Under the pieces are notes generated by a model. The model worked only from the letters and a program-made list of their open reading frames with translations. It had not been told where the DNA came from and searched no databases. DNA of 64,000 nt from Truepera sp. (GTDB lineage Bacteria > Deinococcota > Deinococci > Deinococcales > Trueperaceae). Each line of letters opens with the position of its first letter. The first letter of the stretch is position 1. This document shows, in pieces, positions 10,801-21,166 of the stretch. The stretch spans positions 2,016,001 to 2,080,000 of the forward strand of contig CBDCKW010000009.1 in assembly GCA_965218435.1 (NCBI GenBank), written 5' to 3'. A program made the position numbers and the translations under genes.

Positions 10801-10886
10801 GTAGTGCTAACAAGCTACAGCAATTTCGGTGTTTTTGGCGTTCGCCCTGTACTCAGAGAAAAGGTGTATAACGGGCAAGGGTGAGC

Positions 10887-11072
10887 ATGACACGTGTTTA
10901 CGACCAACCTTATTTGGAAACAGGAACCGGCTTGCTGCTGGGGACAGCGTTTGGACTCGCGCTCGGCCACCTGGCCGCCGGTGCGTTTCTGGGTGTCGCC
11001 GCCGGGTTCGTCTATGAGCTGCTGGTCGCCGCAAAAGTTACCGAAAAAGTCACCATAAAACGGCGAAGCTGA
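10887..11072 (+). CDS. Small glycine-zipper-like membrane protein
   Basis: GxxxG-rich hydrophobic ORF ending 5 nt before the ABC ATPase. Confidence 0.5.
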   Translation: MTRVYDQPYLETGTGLLLGTAFGLALGHLAAGAFLGVAAGFVYELLVAAKVTEKVTIKRRS

Positions 11073-11077
11073 ACTAA

Positions 11078-11974
11078 ATGCACCCTATTGTTGAAGTAAA
11101 CGGGTTTTCAAAGCGGTTTGGTTCGGCACAGGTCGTTTCTGAGCTCTCTTTTGAAGTCGGACGTGGCGAGATTTTTGCCTTTTTGGGTGCGAACGGTTCG
11201 GGTAAAACTACCACCATTCGCACACTTTTAGGGATTTATCAACCGGACGCGGGCGAGCTGCTCGTTGATGGTCAACGTTACACGCCGGAGCTAGCTCCAC
11301 TGCTCGGGTACCTACCTGAAGAACGCGGGCTTTACGCGACCTCGAGAGTTTTAGAAACCCTCGTCTATTTCGGCGAACTTAAAGGCTTGGGCCGCGCCGA
11401 AGCAAAGACGCGGGCGGCGCGTTACTTAGAGCGTGTCGGTTTAGCCGACAAAGCCAACACCCCGCTTAAAAAGCTCTCGGGCGGTCAGCAGCAAAAAGTG
11501 CAGCTCGGCGCGACGATCATCAATACGCCGGAACTGCTCGTGTTAGACGAGCCGACCAAGGCGCTCGACCCGGTGAACCGGGCGCTCCTGATGGAACTGC
11601 TGCTTGAACTGAACCGGGCAGGCTCGAGCATCGTCTTTATCACACACCAGATGGACGAAGTTGAGCGGGTCGCCGAGCGCCTGGTGATGATTAAGGGCGG
11701 TAAGCGGGCACTTTACGGAGATTTAAGCGAGATCAAAAAACAGTTTCGTGACAACACGCTGCAGGTCGGTTTTGAAGGTCACTTTCCGGCGCATCCTGAG
11801 CTTTACGACGCGGCGGTAGGTGCTCAGTCTGCAACTGTAACGCCGCACGCGGGCGTTGACGCCCAGCGTATCTTAAGGGCGCTCTTAGATGACGGCCTCG
11901 TCATCACCGAGTTTGCGCTACGCACCCCGTCCCTTGACGATATCTTTTTACGGGTGTCGGAAGGGAACGCGTAG
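11078..11974 (+). CDS. ABC exporter ATP-binding protein (NatA/YhaQ-like)
   Basis: GANGSGKTT, GYLPEERGLY, LSGGQQQ, LDEP, PSLDDIF. Confidence 0.92.
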   Translation: MHPIVEVNGFSKRFGSAQVVSELSFEVGRGEIFAFLGANGSGKTTTIRTLLGIYQPDAGELLVDGQRYTPELAPLLGYLPEERGLYATSRVLETLVYFGELKGLGRAEAKTRAARYLERVGLADKANTPLKKLSGGQQQKVQLGATIINTPELLVLDEPTKALDPVNRALLMELLLELNRAGSSIVFITHQMDEVERVAERLVMIKGGKRALYGDLSEIKKQFRDNTLQVGFEGHFPAHPELYDAAVGAQSATVTPHAGVDAQRILRALLDDGLVITEFALRTPSLDDIFLRVSEGNA

Positions 11975-12011
11975 AGGCCCCAATGACAAGAACCCTGTTG
12001 AGAGGAGCCGT

Positions 12012-13268
12012 ATGAACCGTCAAGTTTGGCTGATCTGTCGTCGTGAATACAGCAAAATTATCCGTAGCCGCACCTTTTGGCTGACCACCTTTTTACTCCC
12101 GGTGATCGTCGCGGTGTTCGGCTTTATCTCGGGTTTATCATCTGAAAACGCTGAAAACAGCGCCGCCGCGCAGGTTCAAAATGCCAAAGAGATCGCCGTT
12201 TTAGACGAAGGGGACGTCATTGCCCCCGCTCTTTACAAGTCTCCTTACGTTAAGGTGACTGACCTTAACGCGGCGTTGCAACAGGTCAAAGCCGGACAGA
12301 TAGATGCACTTTTCGTCTATCCCAAAAATCTGGCTCGGTCGGGTATGGTGGACGTCTACGCACAGGCGACAACGGTGTTCTCGAGCGGGTCGTACAACGA
12401 CGCGGCGAGAGACCTCTACCGGCAGAGCGTTCTGGCGCGGCTTAACGACCCACGCGCCGTCGCCCTCTTAAACGGTTCGTTAGACGTTCACACGACGAGT
12501 TACCGGGGCGGCGCACCCGCACCCGCGCTGGCGAGCTACCTGTTACCCGGCGCTTTGGTCGCGCTCTACTTTTTGCTGCTCTACGTCTCGCTGGGGTATA
12601 TGATCACCGGCGTTTCCGAAGAGAAGGAAAACCGCGTGATCGAGATTATGTTAACTACGGTGCGACCCTACCGGCTGGTGTGGGGCAAACTGCTCGGACT
12701 CATGGGCGTGGTTTTTACCCAGCTCGTCTTGCTACTCGGGTTGGCGCTCGTCAGCACGACTCTGCTAGGCCGCCAGCTACCCTTTGAGCTGAACCTTGCG
12801 GCGCTGCCCGTCAACGTGCCGCAACTCTTGTTCGGCGTCTTTTACCTCTTGGCCGGGTTGTTTTTGTCGGCGGCGCTGCAGCTCGGGCTCGGCGCGATGA
12901 TGCCGAGTGCGCGTGAGGCGGGGCGTTTCTCCGGGCTCTTTTTGTTCGCCTCGATCAGCCCGGTCTATTTCGTCTCGACGCTCTTACAAAACCCTAACGG
13001 GGTCGTAGCCCAGGTGACCAGCTATTTTCCGCTTACCGCGCCGCTCATCTTGCTGCTCAGAAACGCGCTCGGGGCGCTGCCACTTTGGGAAGCGGTGCTC
13101 GGCGCGCTCGTTCTGGGATTATACGTGGCGCTCGCGCTCGAGCTGGCGTTTGTGCTCTTCCATTTGGGATCGCTCGAGTACACTCAGCGCGTCCCCTTCA
13201 AACAGCTTTTTGCGGGCAGGCAACGCGCCGCTGCCTTGCCAGAGCAGCCGCGGCAGCCGGTAAAGTAG
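12012..13268 (+). CDS. ABC-2 permease (NatB/YhaP-like)
   Basis: EEKENRVIEIML, GKLLG motifs; GAGGAG RBS before ATG at 12012. Confidence 0.9.
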   Translation: MNRQVWLICRREYSKIIRSRTFWLTTFLLPVIVAVFGFISGLSSENAENSAAAQVQNAKEIAVLDEGDVIAPALYKSPYVKVTDLNAALQQVKAGQIDALFVYPKNLARSGMVDVYAQATTVFSSGSYNDAARDLYRQSVLARLNDPRAVALLNGSLDVHTTSYRGGAPAPALASYLLPGALVALYFLLLYVSLGYMITGVSEEKENRVIEIMLTTVRPYRLVWGKLLGLMGVVFTQLVLLLGLALVSTTLLGRQLPFELNLAALPVNVPQLLFGVFYLLAGLFLSAALQLGLGAMMPSAREAGRFSGLFLFASISPVYFVSTLLQNPNGVVAQVTSYFPLTAPLILLLRNALGALPLWEAVLGALVLGLYVALALELAFVLFHLGSLEYTQRVPFKQLFAGRQRAAALPEQPRQPVK

Positions 13269-13298
13269 CGGGCGCAGTTCAGTAGCGCCGTTTACCCG

Positions 13299-13770
13299 CT
13301 AGTTTCCCCGTTCACTTTCCGGTCTGAGAGACTCGCTTACAGCCTTTTCGCTAGCACGACGGCCGAGAATATACCGGACGGCTCTCTCCAAGACCTCGTC
13401 ACACCCCTCGCGGACACCTTTGAGCGTTGGTACTGTCACCATGTCCGGAACGATACCCACCCGCTGCGTCGTGCGCTTGTCCGGATAAAACACCCCGATT
13501 CTGCTGATCAGCATCTCGACGCCACCCGGCAAGCTGAAACGTTCCGCCGGGGCGGTCGTGAGGGGGTGGCGTCTCATCTATGTTGGCTATACGGCTGACA
13601 ACCATCTTTTGAGATTTGCCTTTACGAGAAACGACGACACTGCTCGCCCCGCAGCTGCCGCGCGGCAGATTTTGGACGATGTCGCCTAGTCGTCTCGCCT
13701 CATTTGAGGCGCTGTAAAGAGGGCTCCACGCTTTGATAAGGTCGGTAAGTCTCCTTGATTGCGCAAGCAC
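13299..13770 (-). pseudogene. Fragmented S41 family peptidase remnant
   Basis: C-terminal motif FSLPGG...GVFYPD...TQRVGIVPD....T..GVREG.DEVLERA; upstream part in another frame, catalytic core missing. Confidence 0.65.
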
Positions 13771-13787
13771 CTACCCACAAGATGAGG

Positions 13788-14729
13788 TCAGCGCGTTTCT
13801 GAAAGCCAGCTGATAAGTACCCGGTTGACCTCTCTAGGTTTCTCCTGGTGTACAAAATGACCGGCGTCTAGCATCACAGTTCTCGGTTCTGTCTCGGTCC
13901 ACAAGCCATTTCGGAGGTGCCCTGAAACAAGCAAAAAGCGGTCATTGCGGCCGTGAATCACGAGCGTCAGTGACTGCACTTTAGATAGCGTTTCATCAAC
14001 TAGGTAAGGTTGTCTTGGGTAGTTTAGTCGGTAAAACGCCGTGACCGCACGGTGGTCTGTACGAGCGTCGGCCACTAAGTAAAGGGGCCAGCCGGGTGGG
14101 TCACGTAGGACGCCGATAGGTCCGACCCGGAAGGCAGCGTGGGCATCCTCTTGTTGCATTCTTCGGGCATATGCGCTCGCCCCGTGTTGCGCTGGATTGC
14201 TTGCAAGTTCTTGGGCGAAAGCATTAGGGTGGGGCACGCTCAAGATAGTGAGTTTGTCGGTCATCTCTGGGTGCAACGTGGCAAAAAGCCAGGCGACGAG
14301 AGCACCGGAGTCATGACCGACGATGTGCGCCCTATCGTAACCCTCGTGGCGAACGACGGCAGCGACATCTTCAACGACTTGGCGGGTAAGGTAAGCATCT
14401 CTCTTTGTGGGCTTACCTGAGCGGTTAAAGCCCCGCTGATCAACCGCAACGACCCGGAAGCCAGCCTCGGCTAAGGGCACAAGCTGCTGCCGCCACGAAT
14501 ACCAGAACTCGGGAATGCCGTGGATCAGCACCACCAGTGGACCCTTGCCCAAACTAACGTAGTGCGTCTTTACGCCCTCGCTCTCAGCAAAGTGGTGTTT
14601 GACGCGGCCCGCGACACCGCCAAATAGACGTAACGCGCCGCTCGCTACAGCAGTCGCAGCGAGCGCCAGCCCAAGGTAGCCGAAACTACGACGCCACCGG
14701 AAGGATCGTTTTGAAAGACCTGAACTCAC
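13788..14729 (-). CDS. Alpha/beta hydrolase (epoxide hydrolase-like)
   Basis: HGIPEFWYSWRQQ, DQRGFN, GHDSGA nucleophile, AGHFVHQE. Confidence 0.9.
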   Translation of the reverse strand: MSSGLSKRSFRWRRSFGYLGLALAATAVASGALRLFGGVAGRVKHHFAESEGVKTHYVSLGKGPLVVLIHGIPEFWYSWRQQLVPLAEAGFRVVAVDQRGFNRSGKPTKRDAYLTRQVVEDVAAVVRHEGYDRAHIVGHDSGALVAWLFATLHPEMTDKLTILSVPHPNAFAQELASNPAQHGASAYARRMQQEDAHAAFRVGPIGVLRDPPGWPLYLVADARTDHRAVTAFYRLNYPRQPYLVDETLSKVQSLTLVIHGRNDRFLLVSGHLRNGLWTETEPRTVMLDAGHFVHQEKPREVNRVLISWLSETR

Positions 14730-14916
14730 ATGCTCTCCTCAACCCTCCAATGAGAATAACGTAGCGGACTAGGAGGTCTCGAGTATCTTAATCTTTTGCC
14801 GGAAATATGAGAACAGAGCGTTATCAAAAAACCAAGAGACACCACAGCAACTTGTTTCCCGGTAAAGATGGGGAGTAGACGCTACGTCTGATATACGCGT
14901 CGCGTCAGAGCACTCC

Positions 14917-15297
14917 TTACCAGTAACGTTGCTTGGTGGCTGGCGGCTGGGTTGAGCTGGGACAAGATGATTTCAACCGCTCACTGATTCGTGTCCTCGA
15001 TATAGGCACGACGACGCTTACCGCGCCGAGCGACAGAGCGCGGTAGTAACTTGCGATCCCGACCGCCAAAAATACGCCCCCGAGGTAGGCGTTCCAGGCA
15101 GATGGGTGCCCCAGCTCACGCCAGTGCAGCTCGTTTGTAAGAAGAGCAACGACAAACGAACCGGCGACGAGCATCACCGAGGTGATGAGGAGCACCAAAA
15201 ATTCCGGCATTCCGCCGCCGATGGCGCGGCTGACAAAAGGCGCGACGAACGAATAGGCGAACATGGCGATAAACGCCCAGAGTACAGCCGACATCAT
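14917..15297 (-). pseudogene. EamA/DMT family transporter, apparently C-terminally truncated
   Basis: YYRALSLGAVSVVVPI motif is followed by an unrelated hydrophilic tail instead of the last TM helices. Confidence 0.6.
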
Positions 15298-15544
15298 GGC
15301 CTCCAAGAAAGTTTAAGGGCGTATCAATTGCCCCAAAACCTAACGGAGCATAGCAGGCCGTAAATGTCCCAACCTATATGTCTGACGCTATATTTCGGGG
15401 GCTCGAGGTTATCTTTTAAGTGGTTATAAGCAGATTATAGGTTCAAACTTGTTACAGTTTGGCGAAAAACAAGCCAAGCTCGACACTATATTTTCGCGTA
15501 CTGAGCTTGGCTTGCCGACCTTATTAAGCTTTTAACTACTGAAG

Positions 15545-15988
15545 CTATGCTCCTTCAATAAACGAGACCTGAAGACAGATTTCTTCTCCTCGCTGTTCGG
15601 TAGGCACGTTGCAATCTACTGGGAGCGGCTCGCCTTGCAAGGGTGGATTTATTGAAACACCCAACAAAGGTCTATAGCGGTAAGACCCCGCAACCTTTGT
15701 GTACCCAACTTCTTCGCCGTTCACCCCATAGCACCACGCTTCAACGGTTATAGACGTACCCGCCGATTCAGGAGTTAAAAAATCAACGTTATCTATAGTA
15801 CCAGGTAAAACTTTTCCTGTTTCAATAATTGTGCCAGGATAGCTACCCTTTGCCTTCAGACCACCTAAACAAAGCGTCTTTTCTTGAAGATTTGTGACAT
15901 TCATTCCTACATTGGCGCGAGGCTGTCCACAACCGATTAGAAAAAGTAGCAACATCACTACACCCAAGCCAAGTTTAGTTGATCGCAT
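15545..15988 (-). CDS. Hypothetical lipoprotein
   Basis: Signal peptide with LIGC lipobox; overlaps end of upstream gene. Confidence 0.7.
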   Translation of the reverse strand: MRSTKLGLGVVMLLLFLIGCGQPRANVGMNVTNLQEKTLCLGGLKAKGSYPGTIIETGKVLPGTIDNVDFLTPESAGTSITVEAWCYGVNGEEVGYTKVAGSYRYRPLLGVSINPPLQGEPLPVDCNVPTEQRGEEICLQVSFIEGA

Positions 15989-17516
15989 AAACGCCTACCT
16001 CGTAGTTCGTCGTATCGGTGATGCCTAACCAAAGGTCTGGATAGTTTTGGGTTCTGACTTCCAGAACTTGATACTGACCTAACTTACCCCGATTCAACAC
16101 TTTGTAGCGCCATTCAAGGACAGCGGAGAAGTGAGCTCTTCCAAGACTTGTAAAAGATTGAGCAAGTACAGGAACGTCGCTGTTCCTAGACTTCGGCCAG
16201 CCAGACGAAGCACTATTTCTAAACATCGCCCACTTCAGTAGCTCAACTTTTGCTGGTGCATTTCTTTGATTATTAATACTGTTTGAAGCCTGATTCCTTT
16301 CATGCAAAGTGGGTGCATACTCTCCCAAAAATCGCGCGATGCCCTCATGGAATTGTTTGGCTCTAGTCAAATAACCATCACCAAACCAGCAAGTACCCAT
16401 GTAGGTACTAATGAGCGGTAACTTATCATTGCCAACCGGCTTCGTTAGGTTGTACCGCAACCCTTTTCGAGAATCATCAGGACGCTTAGGATCAAAGTTT
16501 AGATTAAGAATGCGGTGTCCTCGGTACTGAAATTGGAAATCGAGAAGACCGACTAGGGCAGCTGGGGCGCAACCGAGAGCGGTAGCAGGAAAAGACCTTC
16601 TGTCTATAGCTGGTGGACAGATGAAATAACGCCAATCACCATAATTGTGACTGAAATCAGATGGAAACTGGTCAAAACCACTTGGAGATAACTTAAATTC
16701 TTTACCATTAAGTTTGAGCATCGTACTTCTAAGCGTCCACCCGTTTTGACTAGGGTTTTGATATTGCGGCGACAGAGTATGGGTAAACGCCTGAACATTA
16801 AGGTTGCCATCGGCTAACGTAGCTTTTTGCACGCGCTGAATGTTATCTCTCTCCAACAGCGGTGCCCAAGCACTTTTAAGCGTATCTTGAACACTGCTAT
16901 CTGCGTTTGCAGCGGCCATCTCGTCGTACTGTTGACGCGCTGCTTGCAACATAGTTGGGTCTGCTACAGCGTGAGTCTGCGTATCCCAAAGTTTTCCCGA
17001 AGTATCTTCAAGAAGAAACGTCACTGTAGAAGCGCCGACAAGCTGTTTGAACTTGCTAGGCCCACCTAAAGCTTTCAGCGTTTCGTAAAAGTCGAGGAGC
17101 GAACCTAGACCGCGTTCTTCCATCGAAACAAGGGGGCGTGCATCCGTTGCGCCTGTGACAGTCACCGTCCAGGGTGTTTCATCACCTTGACCTGCCCACT
17201 CGTCTCCAGTAAGACTCGAGGCAAACTGCCAGAGGTCATCAATAGGGCGGGGTGCCGTAAGGGTTACGTGCGCCAAAGGTTGCCCGTAAAAGTCAACAGA
17301 AGTGAGTGTATAAGTACTTATCGCAGCTTGGGCAAATAGTCGTAGACCTTGAGATAATTTGTCCTGAACGACAAAAGCTTGGGCAACTGTTATAGGTATA
17401 GCAGTTGCTTGAGTCAGATAGTTAAGTTTCGTCTCAGAAGTTGCATCTTTTACAGAAGATTGACACCCGGAAATGACCCCCACCAATAAGCACAGACCAA
17501 TAGCCAGCTTTCTCAC
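15975..17516 (-). CDS. Lipoprotein with possible papain-like (C10/C39-type) cysteine peptidase C-terminal domain
   Basis: ISGC lipobox; LGCAPAA catalytic-Cys-like helix start and later AHFSAV His motif; AT-richer than flanks. Confidence 0.55.
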   Translation of the reverse strand: MRKLAIGLCLLVGVISGCQSSVKDATSETKLNYLTQATAIPITVAQAFVVQDKLSQGLRLFAQAAISTYTLTSVDFYGQPLAHVTLTAPRPIDDLWQFASSLTGDEWAGQGDETPWTVTVTGATDARPLVSMEERGLGSLLDFYETLKALGGPSKFKQLVGASTVTFLLEDTSGKLWDTQTHAVADPTMLQAARQQYDEMAAANADSSVQDTLKSAWAPLLERDNIQRVQKATLADGNLNVQAFTHTLSPQYQNPSQNGWTLRSTMLKLNGKEFKLSPSGFDQFPSDFSHNYGDWRYFICPPAIDRRSFPATALGCAPAALVGLLDFQFQYRGHRILNLNFDPKRPDDSRKGLRYNLTKPVGNDKLPLISTYMGTCWFGDGYLTRAKQFHEGIARFLGEYAPTLHERNQASNSINNQRNAPAKVELLKWAMFRNSASSGWPKSRNSDVPVLAQSFTSLGRAHFSAVLEWRYKVLNRGKLGQYQVLEVRTQNYPDLWLGITDTTNYEVGVYAIN

Positions 17517-17734
17517 CGGTTCTCCCTACGTTCTAGCTAAATTTTACTGTTTGGGTAAAACTAAGCAGAGCATAAATACTTTGAGTAAGAATGTCAAGCC
17601 CTGTTTCTTCACATAAACGGTAACATCTTTTTAATTCCGCTCTGAGATGGCTACTTACACTAAGACGTCCCTATTGGCGGAAAAATATTACTTTTCAAAG
17701 TCGCGAGCCAACCTTTCATGGTAGCCTGCCGCTC

Positions 17735-18934
17735 ATGTCACCACGCACGTTTTTAGCTTTACTCGCCTTTTTAGCCTTTACCAGTTTGGGTTTGCCTGAC
17801 GGCCTCTTAGGGGTCGCGTGGCCGTCTATCCGCAGTAGTTTCGGGTTGCCACTCGACTCGCTCGGGCTGCTGTTGGCGTTTAGTACAGCAGGGTATTTGA
17901 CCTCGAGCTTTCTGAGTGGCCGTATCCTCCGAGTCTTGCCTATCGGCACGGTGCTGGCCCTGTCAACTGCAGCCGCAGCGACGGCACTTTTAGGTTACGC
18001 CCTGACCCCTTTGTGGCCGCTGATGTTGATCCTTGGTTTTGTAGGCGGGCTCGGCGGCGGCGCGGTAGATGCGGGGCTCAACGCTTACGGTGCGTCACAT
18101 TTTAGTGCCCGCATCCTCAACTGGTTGCACGCCTTTTTCGGGCTCGGGACGACGGTCGGCCCTTTGATTGTGACCGGCGTGTTGAGCGCCGGGGCCTCGT
18201 GGCGTTACGCCTACGTGGTCGTCGGCAGCGCACAGGTGGCTTTGGCTGTCACCTTTTTTCTAACAAGGGGCCGTTGGCTGCGGGTTGCCGAAACCGCTAC
18301 GGAAGACGCGCTGCCTGTCCCTCCGGCGCGTACTAGGGACACGCTGGGGCGTCCGCTCGTCTGGCTGGGGATGCTCGTGTTTTTTGTCTATACCGGGGTT
18401 GAACTCATTGCCGGACAGTGGAGCTATTCACTCCTGACCTTGGGGCGCGGCGTCACGGCGGGCGCGGCAGGTATCTGGGTCAGCCTCTACTGGGGCGGGT
18501 TGCTGGTCGGGCGGGTGCTTTTCGGCGTCATCGCCGACCGGGTGCCGTTGACGCAAACTTTGCGCCTTTGTATGCTGGCGACCGCAGCCGGGGCGCTGCT
18601 GTTCTGGCTCGAGCCTACCCGCTTTTTGTCTCTGGTTGGTTTAATCATGATCGGTTTCTTTTTAGCGCCCATTTTTGCCTCACTGATCAGCCTGACGCCG
18701 AACCGGGTCGGGCGCACGCACGCGGACAGCGCTATCGGTTTTCAGATTGCGGCGGCGGGGCTTGGCGGGGCGACGCTTACCGGTCTCGTGGGTATCGTCG
18801 CGCACACGTTCGGGCTCTGGGTCGTCGGCGCGGCGCTGCTCTTTTTTGCGCTCTTGCTGCTAGGGCTTTACGAGGTGCTTTTGCAGGTTAAACCGGGCGG
18901 AGCTGCGAGCACCGCAAGTACTAAAGCGTGGTAG
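17735..18934 (+). CDS. MFS transporter
   Basis: LGLPDGLLGVAWP, GAVDAGLN, LHAFFGLG; about 12 TM. Confidence 0.9.
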   Translation: MSPRTFLALLAFLAFTSLGLPDGLLGVAWPSIRSSFGLPLDSLGLLLAFSTAGYLTSSFLSGRILRVLPIGTVLALSTAAAATALLGYALTPLWPLMLILGFVGGLGGGAVDAGLNAYGASHFSARILNWLHAFFGLGTTVGPLIVTGVLSAGASWRYAYVVVGSAQVALAVTFFLTRGRWLRVAETATEDALPVPPARTRDTLGRPLVWLGMLVFFVYTGVELIAGQWSYSLLTLGRGVTAGAAGIWVSLYWGGLLVGRVLFGVIADRVPLTQTLRLCMLATAAGALLFWLEPTRFLSLVGLIMIGFFLAPIFASLISLTPNRVGRTHADSAIGFQIAAAGLGGATLTGLVGIVAHTFGLWVVGAALLFFALLLLGLYEVLLQVKPGGAASTASTKAW

Positions 18935-19226
18935 AAACGCTTCGCAGCTGAATACTGAATAGCCCAGGTTACAAGCACGTAAGCTGGTATCAAACAGCAA
19001 AGCAGGTATCCGGTGATACCCGGTACTAAAGTACCGAACTGCTAAGGATAGAACGTTCTACCCCTTTTGCCAAAGATTAGCTTATAGTACCGGTAAGGAT
19101 TTCCGTCGGGGAAAGAGCGAGGTCTACGGGCCTCGCTTTTGATGCTTTGGCTGCGTTGTGCTGCCGTTTTCGTTTTACGCTGCAGCGGGATTATAAGTCC
19201 AGCAATAGTAAGGAAGTTCGGGGCGT

Positions 19227-19273
19227 AGCTGACAGTTACTCGAGATTCCTAAAAACGCAGGTGACTGTCAGTT
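19227..19273. repeat. Palindromic dispersed repeat, copy 1
   Basis: AGCTGACAGTTACTCGAG...GTGACTGTCAGTT; first 18 bp identical to copy at 21698. Confidence 0.6.
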
Positions 19274-19436
19274 TGTGGTGTCGGGGGTGGACTCGAGCGG
19301 GCTCACCACCTCAACCCCAAATGCCGTAAAGCACTCGGGCGTCTCCCAACTGTCCTAGCTCCCGCACTACCAAAGGGCAACAACCTAAAACGTCACAACT
19401 TGAAACATCACAACCTAGAGCACCCCAAAACGCGTG

Positions 19437-20132
19437 CTACCAGGGCATCGTTCCCCAGCGATTTGTAAAGGTACCCGTGGGTCCGTCCTTGCCAATCGTC
19501 GCCATTTTTACGATGGCGTCCGTGCCCTCTGCGACCGTTTGAGGTCCGGCGTAGCCGTTAAGGTCGGTCGCGGTCGGGCCGGGATCAACGACGTTGACGC
19601 GTATGTCGGGTAGCGCCTTGGCGTACTGTACTGTGAGCATAGTCAGAGCTGACTTCGATGACGTGTAGGGCAAAGCATTGACCTTTGATTCCATCGTTTC
19701 GGGGTTTGTCACCAGCGCAAACGAACCCAAGCCGCTGCTCACGTTGACGATCACGGGGGCTTCTGACTTGTGTAACAAAGGGAGAAAGGCTTGGGTCACC
19801 CGAACGACCCCAAAGACGTTCGTTTCAAAAGTCTGACGCATGGTGTCGGCTGTGACCTCTTCAGGTTTCAAGCGCCCGCCGGTGATACCCGCGTTGTTGA
19901 CGAGAACATCGAGCCGTCCCTCGAGCTGGGTGAGCTCAGCAGCAGCAGCCTGAACCGCGGCGTCATCGGTCACATCGAGCAGCAGAAAGTGGGCACCGAG
20001 TTCGTCGGCAGCTCTTTGACCGCGCTCGGCGTCACGTGCGCCGAGATAGACCTGGTGACCACGTTCGAGCAAACGGCGTGCAGCTTCATAGCCGAGGCCC
20101 TTGTTGCCGCCGGTAATAAGTGTGATGGTCAT
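19437..20132 (-). CDS. SDR family oxidoreductase
   Basis: TGGNKGLG, NNAG, YTSSK catalytic motif. Confidence 0.93.
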   Translation of the reverse strand: MTITLITGGNKGLGYEAARRLLERGHQVYLGARDAERGQRAADELGAHFLLLDVTDDAAVQAAAAELTQLEGRLDVLVNNAGITGGRLKPEEVTADTMRQTFETNVFGVVRVTQAFLPLLHKSEAPVIVNVSSGLGSFALVTNPETMESKVNALPYTSSKSALTMLTVQYAKALPDIRVNVVDPGPTATDLNGYAGPQTVAEGTDAIVKMATIGKDGPTGTFTNRWGTMPW

Positions 20133-20282
20133 GCTTTGTTGTCTCCTCTACTTGCCCCACTGAGAACGTCGCTACTGGGTCGGGTGTCCGCCGTGTCGTC
20201 CCAGCTGATGATACCTAAGGCACCAGCTGTGATCAGCGCCTGGCGACACCGCTGCACCATACTTAGAGGCGCACCCTGGCAG

Positions 20283-20711
20283 TTAAAGGTTGACGCTCAT
20301 GGCCTTGGCGATGACCTCGAAATCCGCCTGAGCTATCTCGAACAAACCTCGTCTAAACGGAAAGCCCCACTTTTCTTTGTCCTTGATAAACTCGAGGTCA
20401 TCAACAATAGGACGAACCGGTATTTCATTTCCTTTTTTGAAGTCCACCTTCCGCCGCCACGGGTGAAAGTCGGCTGCCATCTCGACTTGGTAGGGCTCAG
20501 TATCGGTAATCTCCCCGAGCGCCGTAAACGCTTGCAGCGGCTCGCCGTCCCTAAACTTGGTTCTGGGCGAATAGAAAACGAGCAAGTCGCCGCTATTTAG
20601 GCGTTTGAGACGCGTGTCTTTCCCGTGATCGGCTTGAGTAAAGCCACCCTCTACGGCTGCCCGAACATGCTCCCTCGACACCGTATTGACCCAGTAGCGC
20701 CTAGTGGTCAT
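20283..20711 (-). CDS. EVE domain-containing protein
   Basis: YWVNTVSREHV..AVEGGFTQADHGK, GDLLVFYSP, FRRGLFEI. Confidence 0.85.
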   Translation of the reverse strand: MTTRRYWVNTVSREHVRAAVEGGFTQADHGKDTRLKRLNSGDLLVFYSPRTKFRDGEPLQAFTALGEITDTEPYQVEMAADFHPWRRKVDFKKGNEIPVRPIVDDLEFIKDKEKWGFPFRRGLFEIAQADFEVIAKAMSVNL

Positions 20712-21070
20712 GTTTTGTCATGAACCGTCACAAGGTAGCCTTCAGGGTCCCTAAAGGTAAAGGTCTTACCGAAAGGACTATCCCCTAAGCCCTTAACAAT
20801 TTCTACGCCTTTGGCCTCGAGCTGCTTTAGGAGTTCTTCGCTGTCGTCCGTGAGCAGCCAGAGCACCACCCCGTGACCGCGATACTCGGTTAGGTCCAAA
20901 TCTACTAAAGGCACACGTACCGCAAAAGCGATGGGTTTTGTGTCGAAGACAAACGCATCGGGCGGACTGAAGGGAGCGAGCTTTAACCCCAGCATCTCTT
21001 GGTAAAACCGTTTACCGGCCTCTATATCGTGCCACTGCAACGCTATGAAATCGGGTCCTTGTACAGTCAT
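20708..21070 (-). CDS. VOC/glyoxalase family protein
   Basis: FYQEMLG, PFGKTFTFRDPEGY; GAGGAGG RBS before ATG at 21070. Confidence 0.88.
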   Translation of the reverse strand: MTVQGPDFIALQWHDIEAGKRFYQEMLGLKLAPFSPPDAFVFDTKPIAFAVRVPLVDLDLTEYRGHGVVLWLLTDDSEELLKQLEAKGVEIVKGLGDSPFGKTFTFRDPEGYLVTVHDKT

Positions 21071-21090
21071 GGTCAAGCCTCCTCTAAGGG

Positions 21091-21154
21091 TATCAGTGTC
21101 CTGATAGCCTCTATAAGGATAAGCCACACCACAAGTTGTATCAGTATCCTGATA
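21091..21154. promoter_or_regulatory. Two palindromic operators TATCAG-N4-CTGATA in the divergent VOC/MarR intergenic region
   Basis: TATCAGTGTCCTGATA at 21091-21106 and TATCAGTATCCTGATA at 21139-21154. Confidence 0.75.
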
Positions 21155-21166
21155 TACCATGAGGGC

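Noticed and set aside
19791..20600. 269-aa plus-strand ORF
   Set aside because: Antisense shadow of the SDR and EVE genes with no recognisable motifs.
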